NCBI GenBank assembly: GCA_000828975.1
Contig: AP014683.1
Location: 355,520-387,519, forward strand
DNA from: Burkholderiales bacterium GJ-E10
GTDB lineage: Bacteria; Pseudomonadota; Gammaproteobacteria; Burkholderiales; Burkholderiaceae_F
Reading direction: 5' to 3'
DNA length: 32,000 bases
A model generated the notes under the pieces. That model did no database searches and was not told the DNA's origin. It was given only the letters and a program-made list of their open reading frames with translations. A program made the position numbers and the translations under genes. Each line of letters opens with the position of its first letter. Position 1 is the first letter of the stretch. Positions 1-8,409 of this stretch are shown piece after piece.

Positions 1-132
1 GATTCGAGTCTGGAGCCCCTGTTATTGTAAGATTGGTTTACGGGGTGGGCATTGTTAGTATGCTGAGAATGCCGGAATTCACTGATAGAAACTGGCGTTT
101 TTGCTGCATACGGCAATTCGGCTTTATGGCGC

Positions 133-1236
133 ATGGCGGTGCCTTCTTCCATCCGGTTGGTCGACTCGTTTGTCTCGGTCCTCGTCCTGAAGGACATCGT
201 GGTCGGCATGGCGGCTTCCTTGTCGGCACTGGTCGTCTTTCTGGTTGTCCAGAAGTTGGTGCTCGAGCGCCACGCCCGCGCGATCGACGGCGCGATCGAT
301 CGCTACAGGCAGGCGATATCCAGCGACGCTTGGCCAAGCGATGTGACGGTTGATCTGAAGCGGCGAGTTGACCGAAAGGCTCTGGCGATGGCGCTGAACT
401 CCGGAGAAGTGCCGGTGCCGCTGGAGCACTTGCGGCGAGCGCCATGGTATGGCGAGGCAGTCCGGAACCTCAAAGAATCGGCCATGCGGGGGAAGTGGGG
501 CATGCGGGTTTTCGCTCTGGAGCTGCTCGGGAAGCTTGGGGCGGTCGAGCAGCGCCCCATGGTCGATGAGATCGTGCGACACGAATCGCATCCGCAGGTA
601 TATGCGGCCGGTTTGGGTTGCCTGGCCGAATTCGTCGACGACTCCTCCTGGCTGCGATTCCTGTGGGACCGGTTGCAGGATCGTCCGGCGCTATCGGGAA
701 GCTTCAATGAATGGCTGTTTCGGACGGCGATCGGGGCATTGACGGGGCGCCGGGGCGCTGAAGTCGCCGTTGCGGCCGTCCGGGAACTGCTCGTGAACGC
801 CTCTCTGCAGGATCCCTTGACATTGGATCTGATCTCGGCCATCGGCAAGGCGGGATTAGGCCAATTGGTTCCCGAGTTGGTTGCGCGATATGCTCAGGAG
901 CGTGCATCGAAGGCGACCCGCATTGCGTGTGTGCGTGCGGTTGGGCTCGTTCGGCCGGATCACAGCCTGTTGCTGCGCGCGTTGAGGGACCGGGATTGGG
1001 AGGTTTGTGCTGTCGGTGCAAAGTACTTGCGCGGCACGACGCCCGAGGTGATCGGCGCCCTCTCGGCTTGCCTGACGGCTTCGGCGTTTTATGTCCGGTT
1101 CAACGCCGCGGTGACCCTTGCCACGCTGGGCGATTCGGGGCGCGAGGCGCTTGAACGGGCCTTGGTTTGCCCGGACCGATTCGCCCGCGACATCAGTCGG
1201 TACGCATTGCACATGTCGCGCCCCGTCTATGCTTGA
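133..1236 (+). CDS. HEAT/PBS-lyase-like repeat protein with N-terminal membrane anchor
   Basis: 367-aa ORF. It has a hydrophobic N-terminal segment (GMAASLSALVVFLVVQKLVL). The C-terminal half contains HEAT-like helical repeat units (RDRDWEVCAVGAKYL; FYVRFNAAVTLATLGDSGREAL). Its stop overlaps the ATG of the downstream GT2 gene (ATGCTTGA, 1229-1236). The true start could be the internal Met at 208. Confidence 0.6.
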   Translation: MAVPSSIRLVDSFVSVLVLKDIVVGMAASLSALVVFLVVQKLVLERHARAIDGAIDRYRQAISSDAWPSDVTVDLKRRVDRKALAMALNSGEVPVPLEHLRRAPWYGEAVRNLKESAMRGKWGMRVFALELLGKLGAVEQRPMVDEIVRHESHPQVYAAGLGCLAEFVDDSSWLRFLWDRLQDRPALSGSFNEWLFRTAIGALTGRRGAEVAVAAVRELLVNASLQDPLTLDLISAIGKAGLGQLVPELVARYAQERASKATRIACVRAVGLVRPDHSLLLRALRDRDWEVCAVGAKYLRGTTPEVIGALSACLTASAFYVRFNAAVTLATLGDSGREALERALVCPDRFARDISRYALHMSRPVYA

Positions 1237-1760
1237 CGCAATCGCAGTTCTTCTACTGGCATTCCAGGTTGCGGTGTTCATCTATTTTCTTGTGCTCAAC
1301 CTTGGGTACACGATGGTGACGTCGTATGCGTTCCGAGAAGTCGAGGCGGGCGCATCGGCGGTCGGCGACCTGGACACCCTGCGCAGGCGAATGCGGGATG
1401 CAAATGTGCGGCCGATCTCGGTGGTCGTCCCGGCATACAACGAACAGGCGACGATTACATCTACGGTCACGTCGATTCTGAATGCCGAGTATCCGGAGCA
1501 TGAGGTCATCGTCGTCGATGACGGCTCTGTTGACGGAACGCTGATGACCTTGATCGATGCCTACAAGGCGTACCCGGTCGAGCGCTCCGTTCGAAGGGTT
1601 TTTCCGCACAAGACGATTGAGAAGATCTATCTATCCAGCATTCATCCCAATCTCTGGATCCTCGAGAAGGAAAATGGCGGCAAGGCCGATGCGCTCAACG
1701 CAGGTATGGAATATGCGCGCTTTCCGCTCGTTTGCACGATCGACGCCGATTCGATCCTGG
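1229..1760 (+). pseudogene. Family-2 glycosyltransferase (processive PgaC/IcaA-like synthase), N-terminal fragment truncated by transposon insertion
   Basis: From the ATG at 1229 there is an N-terminal TM helix (AVLLLAFQVAVFIYFLVLNLGY). GT-A motifs follow: VVVPAYNE, VIVVDDGSVDGT, GGKADALNAG and TIDADSIL. Homology-like sequence stops right after DADSIL at 1760, where the transposon end begins; the ORF then reads 18 unrelated codons into the element. Confidence 0.85.
1756..1760. repeat. Target-site duplication, left copy (CCTGG)
   Basis: CCTGG lies immediately outside the left transposon terminus. An identical pentamer sits at 5356-5360 immediately outside the right terminus. Confidence 0.75.
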
Positions 1761-1788
1761 TGTTAGCGCCCGCGGTATTTCGCGAGCG
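1761..1788. repeat. Left terminal inverted repeat (IRL) with subterminal TTCGCGA-type repeats
   Basis: TGTTAGCGCCCGCGGTATTTCGCGAGCG aligns with the reverse complement of the right end, TGTTGTCTCCCGCGTTAATTCGCAATCC. Further copies (TTCCGCGAT, GTTCGCGAGG) occur at about 1791-1811 and are candidate transposase-binding sites. Confidence 0.7.
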
Positions 1789-1990
1789 ATGTTCCGCGAT
1801 AGTTCGCGAGGTTTGAACGCGGGGTGTCCGGATTGGTTGCCCGCGTGGCGGAATGTGGAAGCGGTGGAGCGATGCGGGAGCCGGCGATCGATTGGCGGCG
1901 GCGATGCGGACGGTGGATTTCGGGGGTTGCGCAGGCGGGCGGTAGTGGGCGGCGCTGTTGCGCCGCTGCCGCTGCGGGGTGGTGGCGGAT

Positions 1991-2239
1991 TCAGAACGGA
2001 TCGAGGAGGTAGCCTGGGAAGAGGTTCATCTGCCGGGGATCCGGGTTTTGCTCGTTGATGGGGCAGTTGTCGCGCTGGCGGCGCGCGTGTCTGGAGAGGC
2101 GAGAGGCGAAGTGCGTGGCGACGAAGTCGCCGAGGGCGTAGATGAGGTCCACGAGGCGAGCGGCGTCGGCGTCGTTGATGTCGTCGTCGTCGGAGTCGCA
2201 GAGGAACGAGGGCCAGGGATCGGAGTCGTAGGCGTTCAT
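1991..2239 (-). CDS. Small acidic hypothetical protein (last gene of the transposon operon)
   Basis: 82-aa ORF. Its start overlaps the ATPase stop in an ATGA arrangement (2236-2239). It has an Asp-rich tract (CDSDDDDINDAD). I recognise no family. Confidence 0.45.
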   Translation of the reverse strand: MNAYDSDPWPSFLCDSDDDDINDADAARLVDLIYALGDFVATHFASRLSRHARRQRDNCPINEQNPDPRQMNLFPGYLLDPF

Positions 2240-3036
2240 GGCCGGAACTCCTCGAGAGCGGTTTGGACGTGCTCGGTGCTGACCTGCTGGGATTTAGCCA
2301 GGGCGGCGGCGGACAGGGCGTAGTGGGCGGCGCGGTTGACGCGGCGCGGCAGTCCCTGGGAGGCTTGGTAGAGGGCCTCGGTGGCGGCGGGGTCGAACAG
2401 CGGCAGTGTGCTGCCGGCGAGTTGCAGGCGGTGGGTCAGGTAGGCGGGGAGCTCTTCACGGGAGAAGCCGTTGAGGTGGTAGCGCACGACGATGCGCTGC
2501 TCGAGCGATTCGTGCACCGCCATCGAGAGGCGGCGACGCAGCTCGGTCAGACCGACGAACAGCAGCGTCAAGCGGCGCTCGGAATCCATCGCGTAGTTGG
2601 TCAGCAGGCGCAGGTCTTCGAGCACGTCGTTGCGCAGGTGCTGCGCCTCGTCGATCACCAGGACGGGGTGCTGGCGCGCTTCGGAGGTCATGCGCAGGAC
2701 CTCGGCCTGGATCGCGCGGTAGGCGCAGGCACGGTTGCGCTCGATGGGCAGGCCGAGCTGCCAGGCGATCGACTTGTACATGTCGAGCACGTTGCCGGTC
2801 GAGAGCGTGACGTAGAACAGGCGATAGAGCCCTGGGTGCAGGGCCGAGGCGAGGTGCCGGCAGGCGGTGGTCTTGCCGCTGCCGACTTCGCCGGTGATCA
2901 GGCCGATGCCGCGCAGCTCGACGAGGTGCTGCAGCCGTGCCTGGGCCTCGCGCAGCGCCACGGCGCCGAAGAGCTCGTCGGGGGCGAGCGCGCGCTCGAA
3001 GGGATAGTGGGTGAAGCCGAAGTGGGCCAGATACAT
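2236..3036 (-). CDS. ExeA/GspA-like AAA+ ATPase (transposition helper, functional analogue of TniB/MuB)
   Basis: 266 aa with Walker A GEVGSGKT and Walker B VLVIDEAQHL. The overall sequence is typical of the ExeA-type ATPases found next to Mu-like DDE transposases. Its start shares one nucleotide with the transposase stop (TGATG at 3034-3038). Confidence 0.85.
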   Translation of the reverse strand: MYLAHFGFTHYPFERALAPDELFGAVALREAQARLQHLVELRGIGLITGEVGSGKTTACRHLASALHPGLYRLFYVTLSTGNVLDMYKSIAWQLGLPIERNRACAYRAIQAEVLRMTSEARQHPVLVIDEAQHLRNDVLEDLRLLTNYAMDSERRLTLLFVGLTELRRRLSMAVHESLEQRIVVRYHLNGFSREELPAYLTHRLQLAGSTLPLFDPAATEALYQASQGLPRRVNRAAHYALSAAALAKSQQVSTEHVQTALEEFRP

Positions 3037-4382
3037 CAGCGCGACTCCTCATCGGGTTTATCGGTCAGCAGCCTGCGCAGCGCCAGGCCGGGGGTGGGCT
3101 GCGATCCGGGCTGGGCCTGGGCCTCCAGAGTGCGGGAAGGCCGATTGCGGCGCACGAAGCAGTTGGCGTAGGCATCGACCGGCTTGGCGCGGTGGATGAA
3201 GACGCTGTTGTGCCAGACCTCGATGCCGCGGCCGGCGGGGGCGGCCGGGTCGAAGCGCAGGGTGACGGTCTCGTTGACGAGCGAGGCATCGACCTCGAAG
3301 ACGGTGCCGTTGAGGCTGACCGTGCGATCGCGGTGCACGCGCCGCTTGGCCTCGAAGAGGAACAGGTCATCGAGATCGAGGCGCGGGTCGGGTGCGCGCA
3401 GGTGCTCGGCGCACTGGGCCCAGCGCTCGAGCGGAGTCTGTCCATCGAGTCCGCGGTGCGGGGTGCGGTGATACTCGCCCTCGACCCAGGCCCACAGACG
3501 GCGGTTGAGCGCATCGAGACTGGCGGTGTCCTCGGCGCTGAGGCGCGAGAGCAGTTGGGAGCGTACGGTACGGAACCAGCGTTCCTGCTTGCCCTTGCCC
3601 GCAGGCTGGTAAGGGCGGGCGTGGATCAGCGCAACGCCCAGCTTGGCGCAGACGAGCGCGAGGTGCTGCGAGCGGTAGTTGGCGCCGTTATCGACGAACA
3701 GGCGCTGGGGGATCGAGCGGCGCATCAGGGCCTGCTTGAACACGGGCAGGAACGCGGCCGTGTTCTCCGACAGGGCGAAGGCGCAGTACGGCACGACGCG
3801 GGTGGCATCGTCGATGAACGCGATCAGGTAGGTCTTGCGGCGGCTTGCGCCGACGCTCACCGTCGGGCCGTGCATGACGTCGCTCATCCACAGCTGACCG
3901 GGCTGCGCGTATGCGAAGCGCCGGCGATCCTGGTCGGTGGGTTGCTCGGCGCCCTTGTGCATCAGGCCGGCACGGCTGAGCAGGCGGTGCACGGTGGTCC
4001 TGGGCACGTCCTGCTCGGGTCCGATCGCGCCTTGCTTGCGCAGGGTGTCGATGAGCAGCGGGATCGACAGCCCGGGCTGCTCGTCCTTGAGGCTGAGCAG
4101 CGCGTCGGCCACGGCCTGGGGCAGCGCACGGGATTGGCCGCGGTCGGATCGCGGCTTGGGCACCAGCGCGTCGAAGCCGCCGCGCCGGTACGACTGCAAC
4201 CAGTCGCGCAAGGTCTCGGTCGCCACCCGGGTGCGCGTGGTTCCCGGGATGACGTAGGACTGTTCGGCCTTGCGGGCGAGCAGCGCGTACAGGCCCGGCA
4301 TGGCGGGCGGACGGTGGATGAGGTCGGCGATCAGGCCGTAGCGAAACAGCGCCACGGCCCGGCCGGGATCGGGCTCGGACAT
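3036..4382 (-). CDS. DDE (rve/Mu-type) transposase
   Basis: 448 aa. The N-terminal region is HTH-like. The integrase core carries a candidate DDE triad: LWMSDVMHG, LFVDNGANY and KGKQERWF. The C-terminal region resembles Mu-transposase C-terminal domains. Confidence 0.9.
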   Translation of the reverse strand: MSEPDPGRAVALFRYGLIADLIHRPPAMPGLYALLARKAEQSYVIPGTTRTRVATETLRDWLQSYRRGGFDALVPKPRSDRGQSRALPQAVADALLSLKDEQPGLSIPLLIDTLRKQGAIGPEQDVPRTTVHRLLSRAGLMHKGAEQPTDQDRRRFAYAQPGQLWMSDVMHGPTVSVGASRRKTYLIAFIDDATRVVPYCAFALSENTAAFLPVFKQALMRRSIPQRLFVDNGANYRSQHLALVCAKLGVALIHARPYQPAGKGKQERWFRTVRSQLLSRLSAEDTASLDALNRRLWAWVEGEYHRTPHRGLDGQTPLERWAQCAEHLRAPDPRLDLDDLFLFEAKRRVHRDRTVSLNGTVFEVDASLVNETVTLRFDPAAPAGRGIEVWHNSVFIHRAKPVDAYANCFVRRNRPSRTLEAQAQPGSQPTPGLALRRLLTDKPDEESR

Positions 4383-4418
4383 CGGATCGGCTCCTTGAGC
4401 AAGATGGGAGCCGCGACA

Positions 4419-5126
4419 CTACGGCGCCTGAGCCGGCGGATCAGCCCCCATGTGTTGTTGGTCGAGCCGTTTGCGTCCACCGGCACGAGCAGCCGGTGGC
4501 GCAAACCCGACGAACCGGGGCAACTCGTGCAGGTACTCGGCGGCAAGGGCGCGGCCGTGCACCAGCACGCAGGCGCACCCCAAATGCGCCCGCAACGGCT
4601 CGACTCGCGGCAGACAGCCCCGCAGCCGCTCGGGCCACAGCGTGATCCAGCATTGGAATGCCATGCGCGCCGGCCGCAGCCGTCGCCTCAGCCAGCGCAG
4701 CGCGCTGGGTAGGCTGATGTCGTCGGGCCGCAGCAGCGCCGCGGCCTGCGCAAGGCTTGGGGATCGCTCGACGGCGGCCACGACCCGCTCGATGTCGGCC
4801 AGCGCGCCCGGAAACCTCGCCGCCAGGCAATCGGGCAGCAAGGCGAACGTGCAGTGTCCCTGCGGGCAGTACCAGCGGGCGATCCGTGTCCCGACAGGGG
4901 TGACGCGTGCATAGGTGCCGTTTCGGTGCAGTCCGCAGCCGCCCTTCGGGTGCAGCGGACACCTCTCGAGACTTGCCTGCCGCCACCCCTGTCGGGTAAC
5001 GTACTCCTCGCTGGTCAGCCCCGACGCGAATCGAAGCAGCACCAGCACCGGCCCGGCGGGGCCGTGTACCCCGCCGGGCCACCCCATTCCATGTGATCGC
5101 GCAAGCCTACCGCCGATCGCCGTCAC
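4419..5126 (-). CDS. Cys-rich hypothetical protein (first gene of the transposon operon)
   Basis: 235-aa ORF co-oriented with the transposase and ending 36 nt upstream of it. It has a cysteine/histidine cluster (CPLHPKGGCGLH...WYCPQGHCTFALLPDC) suggesting a zinc-binding module. The start is uncertain, since an internal Met also exists. Confidence 0.5.
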   Translation of the reverse strand: MTAIGGRLARSHGMGWPGGVHGPAGPVLVLLRFASGLTSEEYVTRQGWRQASLERCPLHPKGGCGLHRNGTYARVTPVGTRIARWYCPQGHCTFALLPDCLAARFPGALADIERVVAAVERSPSLAQAAALLRPDDISLPSALRWLRRRLRPARMAFQCWITLWPERLRGCLPRVEPLRAHLGCACVLVHGRALAAEYLHELPRFVGFAPPAARAGGRKRLDQQHMGADPPAQAP

Positions 5127-5327
5127 GGTCCAAAACGTCCGTTGCCAAATGGCAACCGCGGCACAGCGATCAACATCAATCAGGAGAAGCGGGGGGCCTG
5201 CCGCCCCCCGCTCCCCCCGCCGCTCGAGAAATACCCTTCAGAAACCCCTCACCCCCGCCAGCGACCCGCTCTCAACCACCGCAGTCCACCGCTCACCGGG
5301 GACGCAATCCGGCATCCAGAGAATCGC

Positions 5328-5355
5328 GGATTGCGAATTAACGCGGGAGACAACA
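5328..5355. repeat. Right terminal inverted repeat (IRR)
   Basis: GGATTGCGAATTAACGCGGGAGACAACA is the reverse-complement partner of IRL and ends in ...ACA directly before the CCTGG duplicate. Confidence 0.7.
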
Positions 5356-5360
5356 CCTGG
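5356..5360. repeat. Target-site duplication, right copy (CCTGG)
   Basis: Identical to 1756-1760 and directly abuts IRR. Confidence 0.75.
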
Positions 5361-6235
5361 AACAGGATTCTCTTTTGCGGTTGGGGCAGAAATTTCTCCT
5401 CAACAAGCGCCTCGTTGCGGTTGGAGGGGCGGTCCGGGTTCTGAATGGCTGCCGCGTCGAAGATGCCAGGGTGCAGGAAGTTCGGGCTCCGAAGCGCCTG
5501 ATCGAGTGTGTGCAGGCAGCCGAATATATGCGGAGTTTTTTTGTGGGGCGGCTGGGTTGGCATCGGGTGGACAGCCTGTTGATCATTTCCGGTGCGTTCG
5601 GCGTCTTTCGCAAGGATTTGATGGCAGCTGTCGGGGGCTATCGAAAGACGGTCGGGGAGGACATGGACGTCGTCATCCGTTTGCATCGGCACTGCGTGGA
5701 TCATGGGATTGCCTATGACGTCGGATTCGTTCCGGAGCCCGTATGCTGGACCCAGGTGCCGTCGGATATCCGCTCCTTGCTTCAGCAGCGAAACCGCTGG
5801 CAGCGGGGGCTGGTGGATTGTCTTTGGCATAACCGGGACATGTTCTTGAATCCGCGTTATGGCAAGGTCGGCCTGATCGGTTTTCCCTATTTTTTCTTTT
5901 TTGAACTGTTGGGCCCGTTGGTTGAGTTTCTGGGGTACATCGGCTTTGCTCTTTTTGCGCTTTTGGGCTGGGTCAGCGTACCGTTTGCGACCTTGTTTTT
6001 TCTGGTTGCGGTTTTGTGGGGGATGTGGCTGAATGCCGCCGGGGTTCTGATCGACAATCTTGTCGTTCATCGATATACGCGGTTGCGCGATACGCTCAAG
6101 GTGGCGTTTTGGGGGTCGCTTGAGTTCGTCGGATTTCGGCAATTGGTGGCGATCGAACGAATGATTGGAACGTTCCAGCTGTCGAGAGATAGATGGGGCG
6201 AGATTCGGCGTCACCGAGTGGAGGCCGGTCGGTGA
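5361..6235 (+). pseudogene. Family-2 glycosyltransferase, C-terminal fragment
   Basis: The frame continues from 1760: ...DADSIL|EQDSLLRLGQKFLLNKRLVAVGG. It contains GAFGVFRK, GEDMD and the processive-synthase motif QQRNRWQRG. Multiple C-terminal TM helices follow (FPYFFFFELLGPLVEFLGYIGFALFALLGW...). Confidence 0.85.
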
Positions 6236-6430
6236 CGCGTGCAATGCAACGGGGGGCGAGGTTGATCGGATACGCGTTCCGAGCGGTTTTGCTCGTGATT
6301 TGCCTATCCGCACCGGCCTACCTATTGGTGGCCAATTTTGGGGTGGGTCGGCCGCACAGGGGCCGGGGCTCCGAGCAATGGAATGGGAGGGGGGCGTCCG
6401 GGAGCGAGCGTCCCCCCGCAGACTCGGAAC

Positions 6431-6460
6431 AAAAAGGCGGGCCGGCGCAAGGGCGGCCCG
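6431..6460 (-). terminator. Putative rho-independent terminator of the M61 peptidase gene
   Basis: On the minus strand, a CGGGCCG-N9-CGGCCCG hairpin (plus coordinates 6438-6460) is followed by CC and TTTTT (plus A-run 6431-6435). It lies about 30 nt downstream of the stop at 6491. Confidence 0.5.
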
Positions 6461-6490
6461 ATACCTCGGGGCGAAGCCCCTGATTTGAGA

Positions 6491-8311
6491 TCAAGCCCCG
6501 ATCCATCCCGTCCGCAGTCGTTTTACGGGGACCGTCGGACGAGGATCCAGCGACAACTTCCACGAAACCGGAGCTTGCGCCGCGACCCGCACCGGGAAAC
6601 GCAGCAGTTCGTCCCGGCGGAATGCCAGGATTTCGACGTTTTCCCCGGGCGGAATCCGCGCGAGCAGCGCATCCAGGCGGTTGTTGCCGGCGCGCAATCC
6701 GTCGACGGCGACGATCTGGTCGCCGGCGGACAAACCCGCGCGCTGGGCCGGCCCGCCATCGAAGGCGACACGGATCCGGCCGTCCGCTGCGTCGACCCGG
6801 CATCCGAGGCGGGCGAAGTGCAGCGGATCGGATGTTGGTCCGGCTTCGACCCGCACCCCGAATTTCGGCAACAACTCGGACAGGTCGGGATCGGAGGTTT
6901 CCTGGGTCCAGGCGGCGAGCCATGCGCTGGCGTCCACTCCCGTGGCTTCCAGGACGACCGCTGCGATTTCGTCCTCGGCCACGCCGGCGTAGTCCGCCCC
7001 GGCCCGCTTGTAGCGCCGCCAGAGATGGCGCATGACATCGTCGAGGGATCGCCGCCCCGCGGTCTCGCGGCGGATCGACAGGTCCAGTGCGAGCGCCACC
7101 AGGGCGCCTTTCTGGTAGTAGCTCACCACGGCGTTCGGCGTGTTCTCGTCGGGCTTGTAGTACTTGATCCAGGCGTCGAACGAACTTTCGGCGAGGCTTT
7201 GCCTGCGCCGCCCGCTGTGTTGCAGGACCGAAGCCATCGTCCGCGCCAGGATGTCGAGATATTGCTCGCGGCGGAGCAGGCCGCAGCGCACCAGCGCCAG
7301 GTCGTCGTAGTAGGAGGTGAACCCTTCGAACACCCAGAGCAGCGTGGTGTGGTTCTCGCGGGTGAGGTCGTAAGGGATGAACGCGGCGGGGCGGATCCGC
7401 TTGACGTGCCAGGCGTGAAAGTACTCGTGGCTCGCAAGGCCGAGGAAGCGGCGGTATCCCTCGGTGCTCGCCTGCATTCCGACGTAGGGCAGGTCGTCGC
7501 GGCGGCATAGCAGTGCGGTGCTGGCGCGGTGCTCCAGGCCGCCGTAGCCATCGTCGACGGCAAGGGTCAGGAAGGTATAGCGCGCGAATGGTGGCGTATG
7601 CGAGCGCGGCTCGAACAGGCGCACGTGCGTGGCGCAGACCTGCGCCAGATCCGAAGCCAGTCGCTTGGGATCGAGGCGTGGGCCGGCGCCCGTGACGGCG
7701 ACTTCATGCGGCACGCCCTGGACGTCGAAGCACAGCGAAACGAAGCGGCCCATTTCCACGGGCGCATCGATCAATTCGTCATAGTTTTTGGCGCGGTAGC
7801 GGCCGAATCCGCCCCGCGCGGTTCCGGCGCAGGGCTCGAGCGCGGTGGTCAGGTGCCAGTCGCGGGCCGCCGGATCCTCGGGGGCGAGGATTTCCACCTC
7901 GCAGGCGTCCCACGCCCGGTCCATGGGAAGCACGAATACGCTGGAGCCGTTGAAAAAGCCGTGCGTGGTGTCGAGATGCGCCGCGCGTACCGAAAGATCG
8001 TGGGCATAGACCTCGTATGCGAGAGTGATGGATGCGGGTCTTGCGGGAGCCCGGCGGCGGGCCGCCGCCCCGATCGGCGCGCAGCGCCAAGTGTGCTTGT
8101 CGATCTTCTCGATCGGCACCGGTCGTCCCCGTCCGTCCCGGGCACGCACGCGCAGGATGTGGCGCGCGAAGTCGCGGATCATGTAGCTGCCGGGGATCCA
8201 GGCGGGGAGGAAGAACCGCTGCCCTTGCGGGTCGGGATCGTCGATCCGGACCGTGACGTGGAACGTGTTTCTGCCGAGGTCGACGGGACGGATTGCGTAA
8301 TGCGTAGTCAT
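6491..8311 (-). CDS. M61 family glycyl aminopeptidase with C-terminal PDZ domain
   Basis: 606 aa. The zinc motif HEYFHAWHVKRIRP (HExxH) sits in the context typical of the M61 family. The C-terminus has a PDZ-like segment (GLSAGDQIVAVDGLR). Confidence 0.85.
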   Translation of the reverse strand: MTTHYAIRPVDLGRNTFHVTVRIDDPDPQGQRFFLPAWIPGSYMIRDFARHILRVRARDGRGRPVPIEKIDKHTWRCAPIGAAARRRAPARPASITLAYEVYAHDLSVRAAHLDTTHGFFNGSSVFVLPMDRAWDACEVEILAPEDPAARDWHLTTALEPCAGTARGGFGRYRAKNYDELIDAPVEMGRFVSLCFDVQGVPHEVAVTGAGPRLDPKRLASDLAQVCATHVRLFEPRSHTPPFARYTFLTLAVDDGYGGLEHRASTALLCRRDDLPYVGMQASTEGYRRFLGLASHEYFHAWHVKRIRPAAFIPYDLTRENHTTLLWVFEGFTSYYDDLALVRCGLLRREQYLDILARTMASVLQHSGRRRQSLAESSFDAWIKYYKPDENTPNAVVSYYQKGALVALALDLSIRRETAGRRSLDDVMRHLWRRYKRAGADYAGVAEDEIAAVVLEATGVDASAWLAAWTQETSDPDLSELLPKFGVRVEAGPTSDPLHFARLGCRVDAADGRIRVAFDGGPAQRAGLSAGDQIVAVDGLRAGNNRLDALLARIPPGENVEILAFRRDELLRFPVRVAAQAPVSWKLSLDPRPTVPVKRLRTGWIGA

Positions 8312-8409
8312 GGCAACAATATTACGGAACTATTGAAAAATACTGGATTTTTTTGCCCAGGACATGGCAGAATCCTTCTCCGGTCCGAGCCGGAACGCGG
8401 TTCCCAGGC

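Larger units (their letters stand above)
1761..5355 (-). mobile_element. 3595-bp transposon of the Mu/Tn7/Tn552/Tn5053-like DDE + AAA-ATPase type, inserted in the GT2 gene
   Basis: Termini are TGTT...AACA. The imperfect terminal inverted repeats match at about 20 of the first 28 positions by hand alignment. It is flanked by a 5-bp direct repeat CCTGG. Four co-oriented minus-strand genes have overlapping stop/start codons. The flanking GT2 halves join in frame when 1761-5360 (3600 nt) is removed. Confidence 0.85.

Noticed and set aside
1-21. GATTCGAGTCTGGAGCCCCTG at the window edge looks like the T-arm/acceptor 3' end of a tRNA, which would suggest an island integration site.
   Set aside because: The T-loop and stem geometry is off: there is an extra A before TTCGAG, so the 53:61 pair and the 7-nt loop cannot both be satisfied. 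No CCA follows, and only 21 nt are visible, so this cannot be supported from the window.
1118-1228. The track ORF extends the GT2 protein N-terminally to 1118.
   Set aside because: The extension overlaps the 3' end of the HEAT-repeat gene in another frame and encodes Arg/Pro-rich filler. The ATG at 1229, directly before the TM helix, with an ATGCTTGA overlap, is the plausible start.
3192-4712. 506-aa plus-strand ORF inside the transposon.
   Set aside because: It is antisense to the DDE transposase and the Cys-rich ORF. Its composition (A/G/R/L/V-rich, no motifs) is typical of antisense frames in GC-rich DNA, whereas the minus-strand products have clear family motifs.
5249-6313. 354-aa minus-strand ORF.
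   Set aside because: It is antisense to the C-terminal GT2 fragment, which carries QxxRW and TM helices, and it runs across the transposon end. No motifs are present.
6244-6483. 80-aa ORF after the GT2 gene with one N-terminal TM helix (possible PgaD/IcaD-like partner).
   Set aside because: Beyond the first ~35 residues it is low-complexity G/R/P/S sequence. It has no convincing Shine-Dalgarno. Its 3' half contains the terminator hairpin assigned to the convergent M61 gene. This is too weak to call.
6318-7563. Several 140-396-aa ORFs on both strands across the M61 peptidase gene.
   Set aside because: They are off-frame or antisense to a 606-aa ORF with an HExxH M61 signature and a PDZ domain. 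The alternatives are Arg/Pro/Gly-rich with no motifs.
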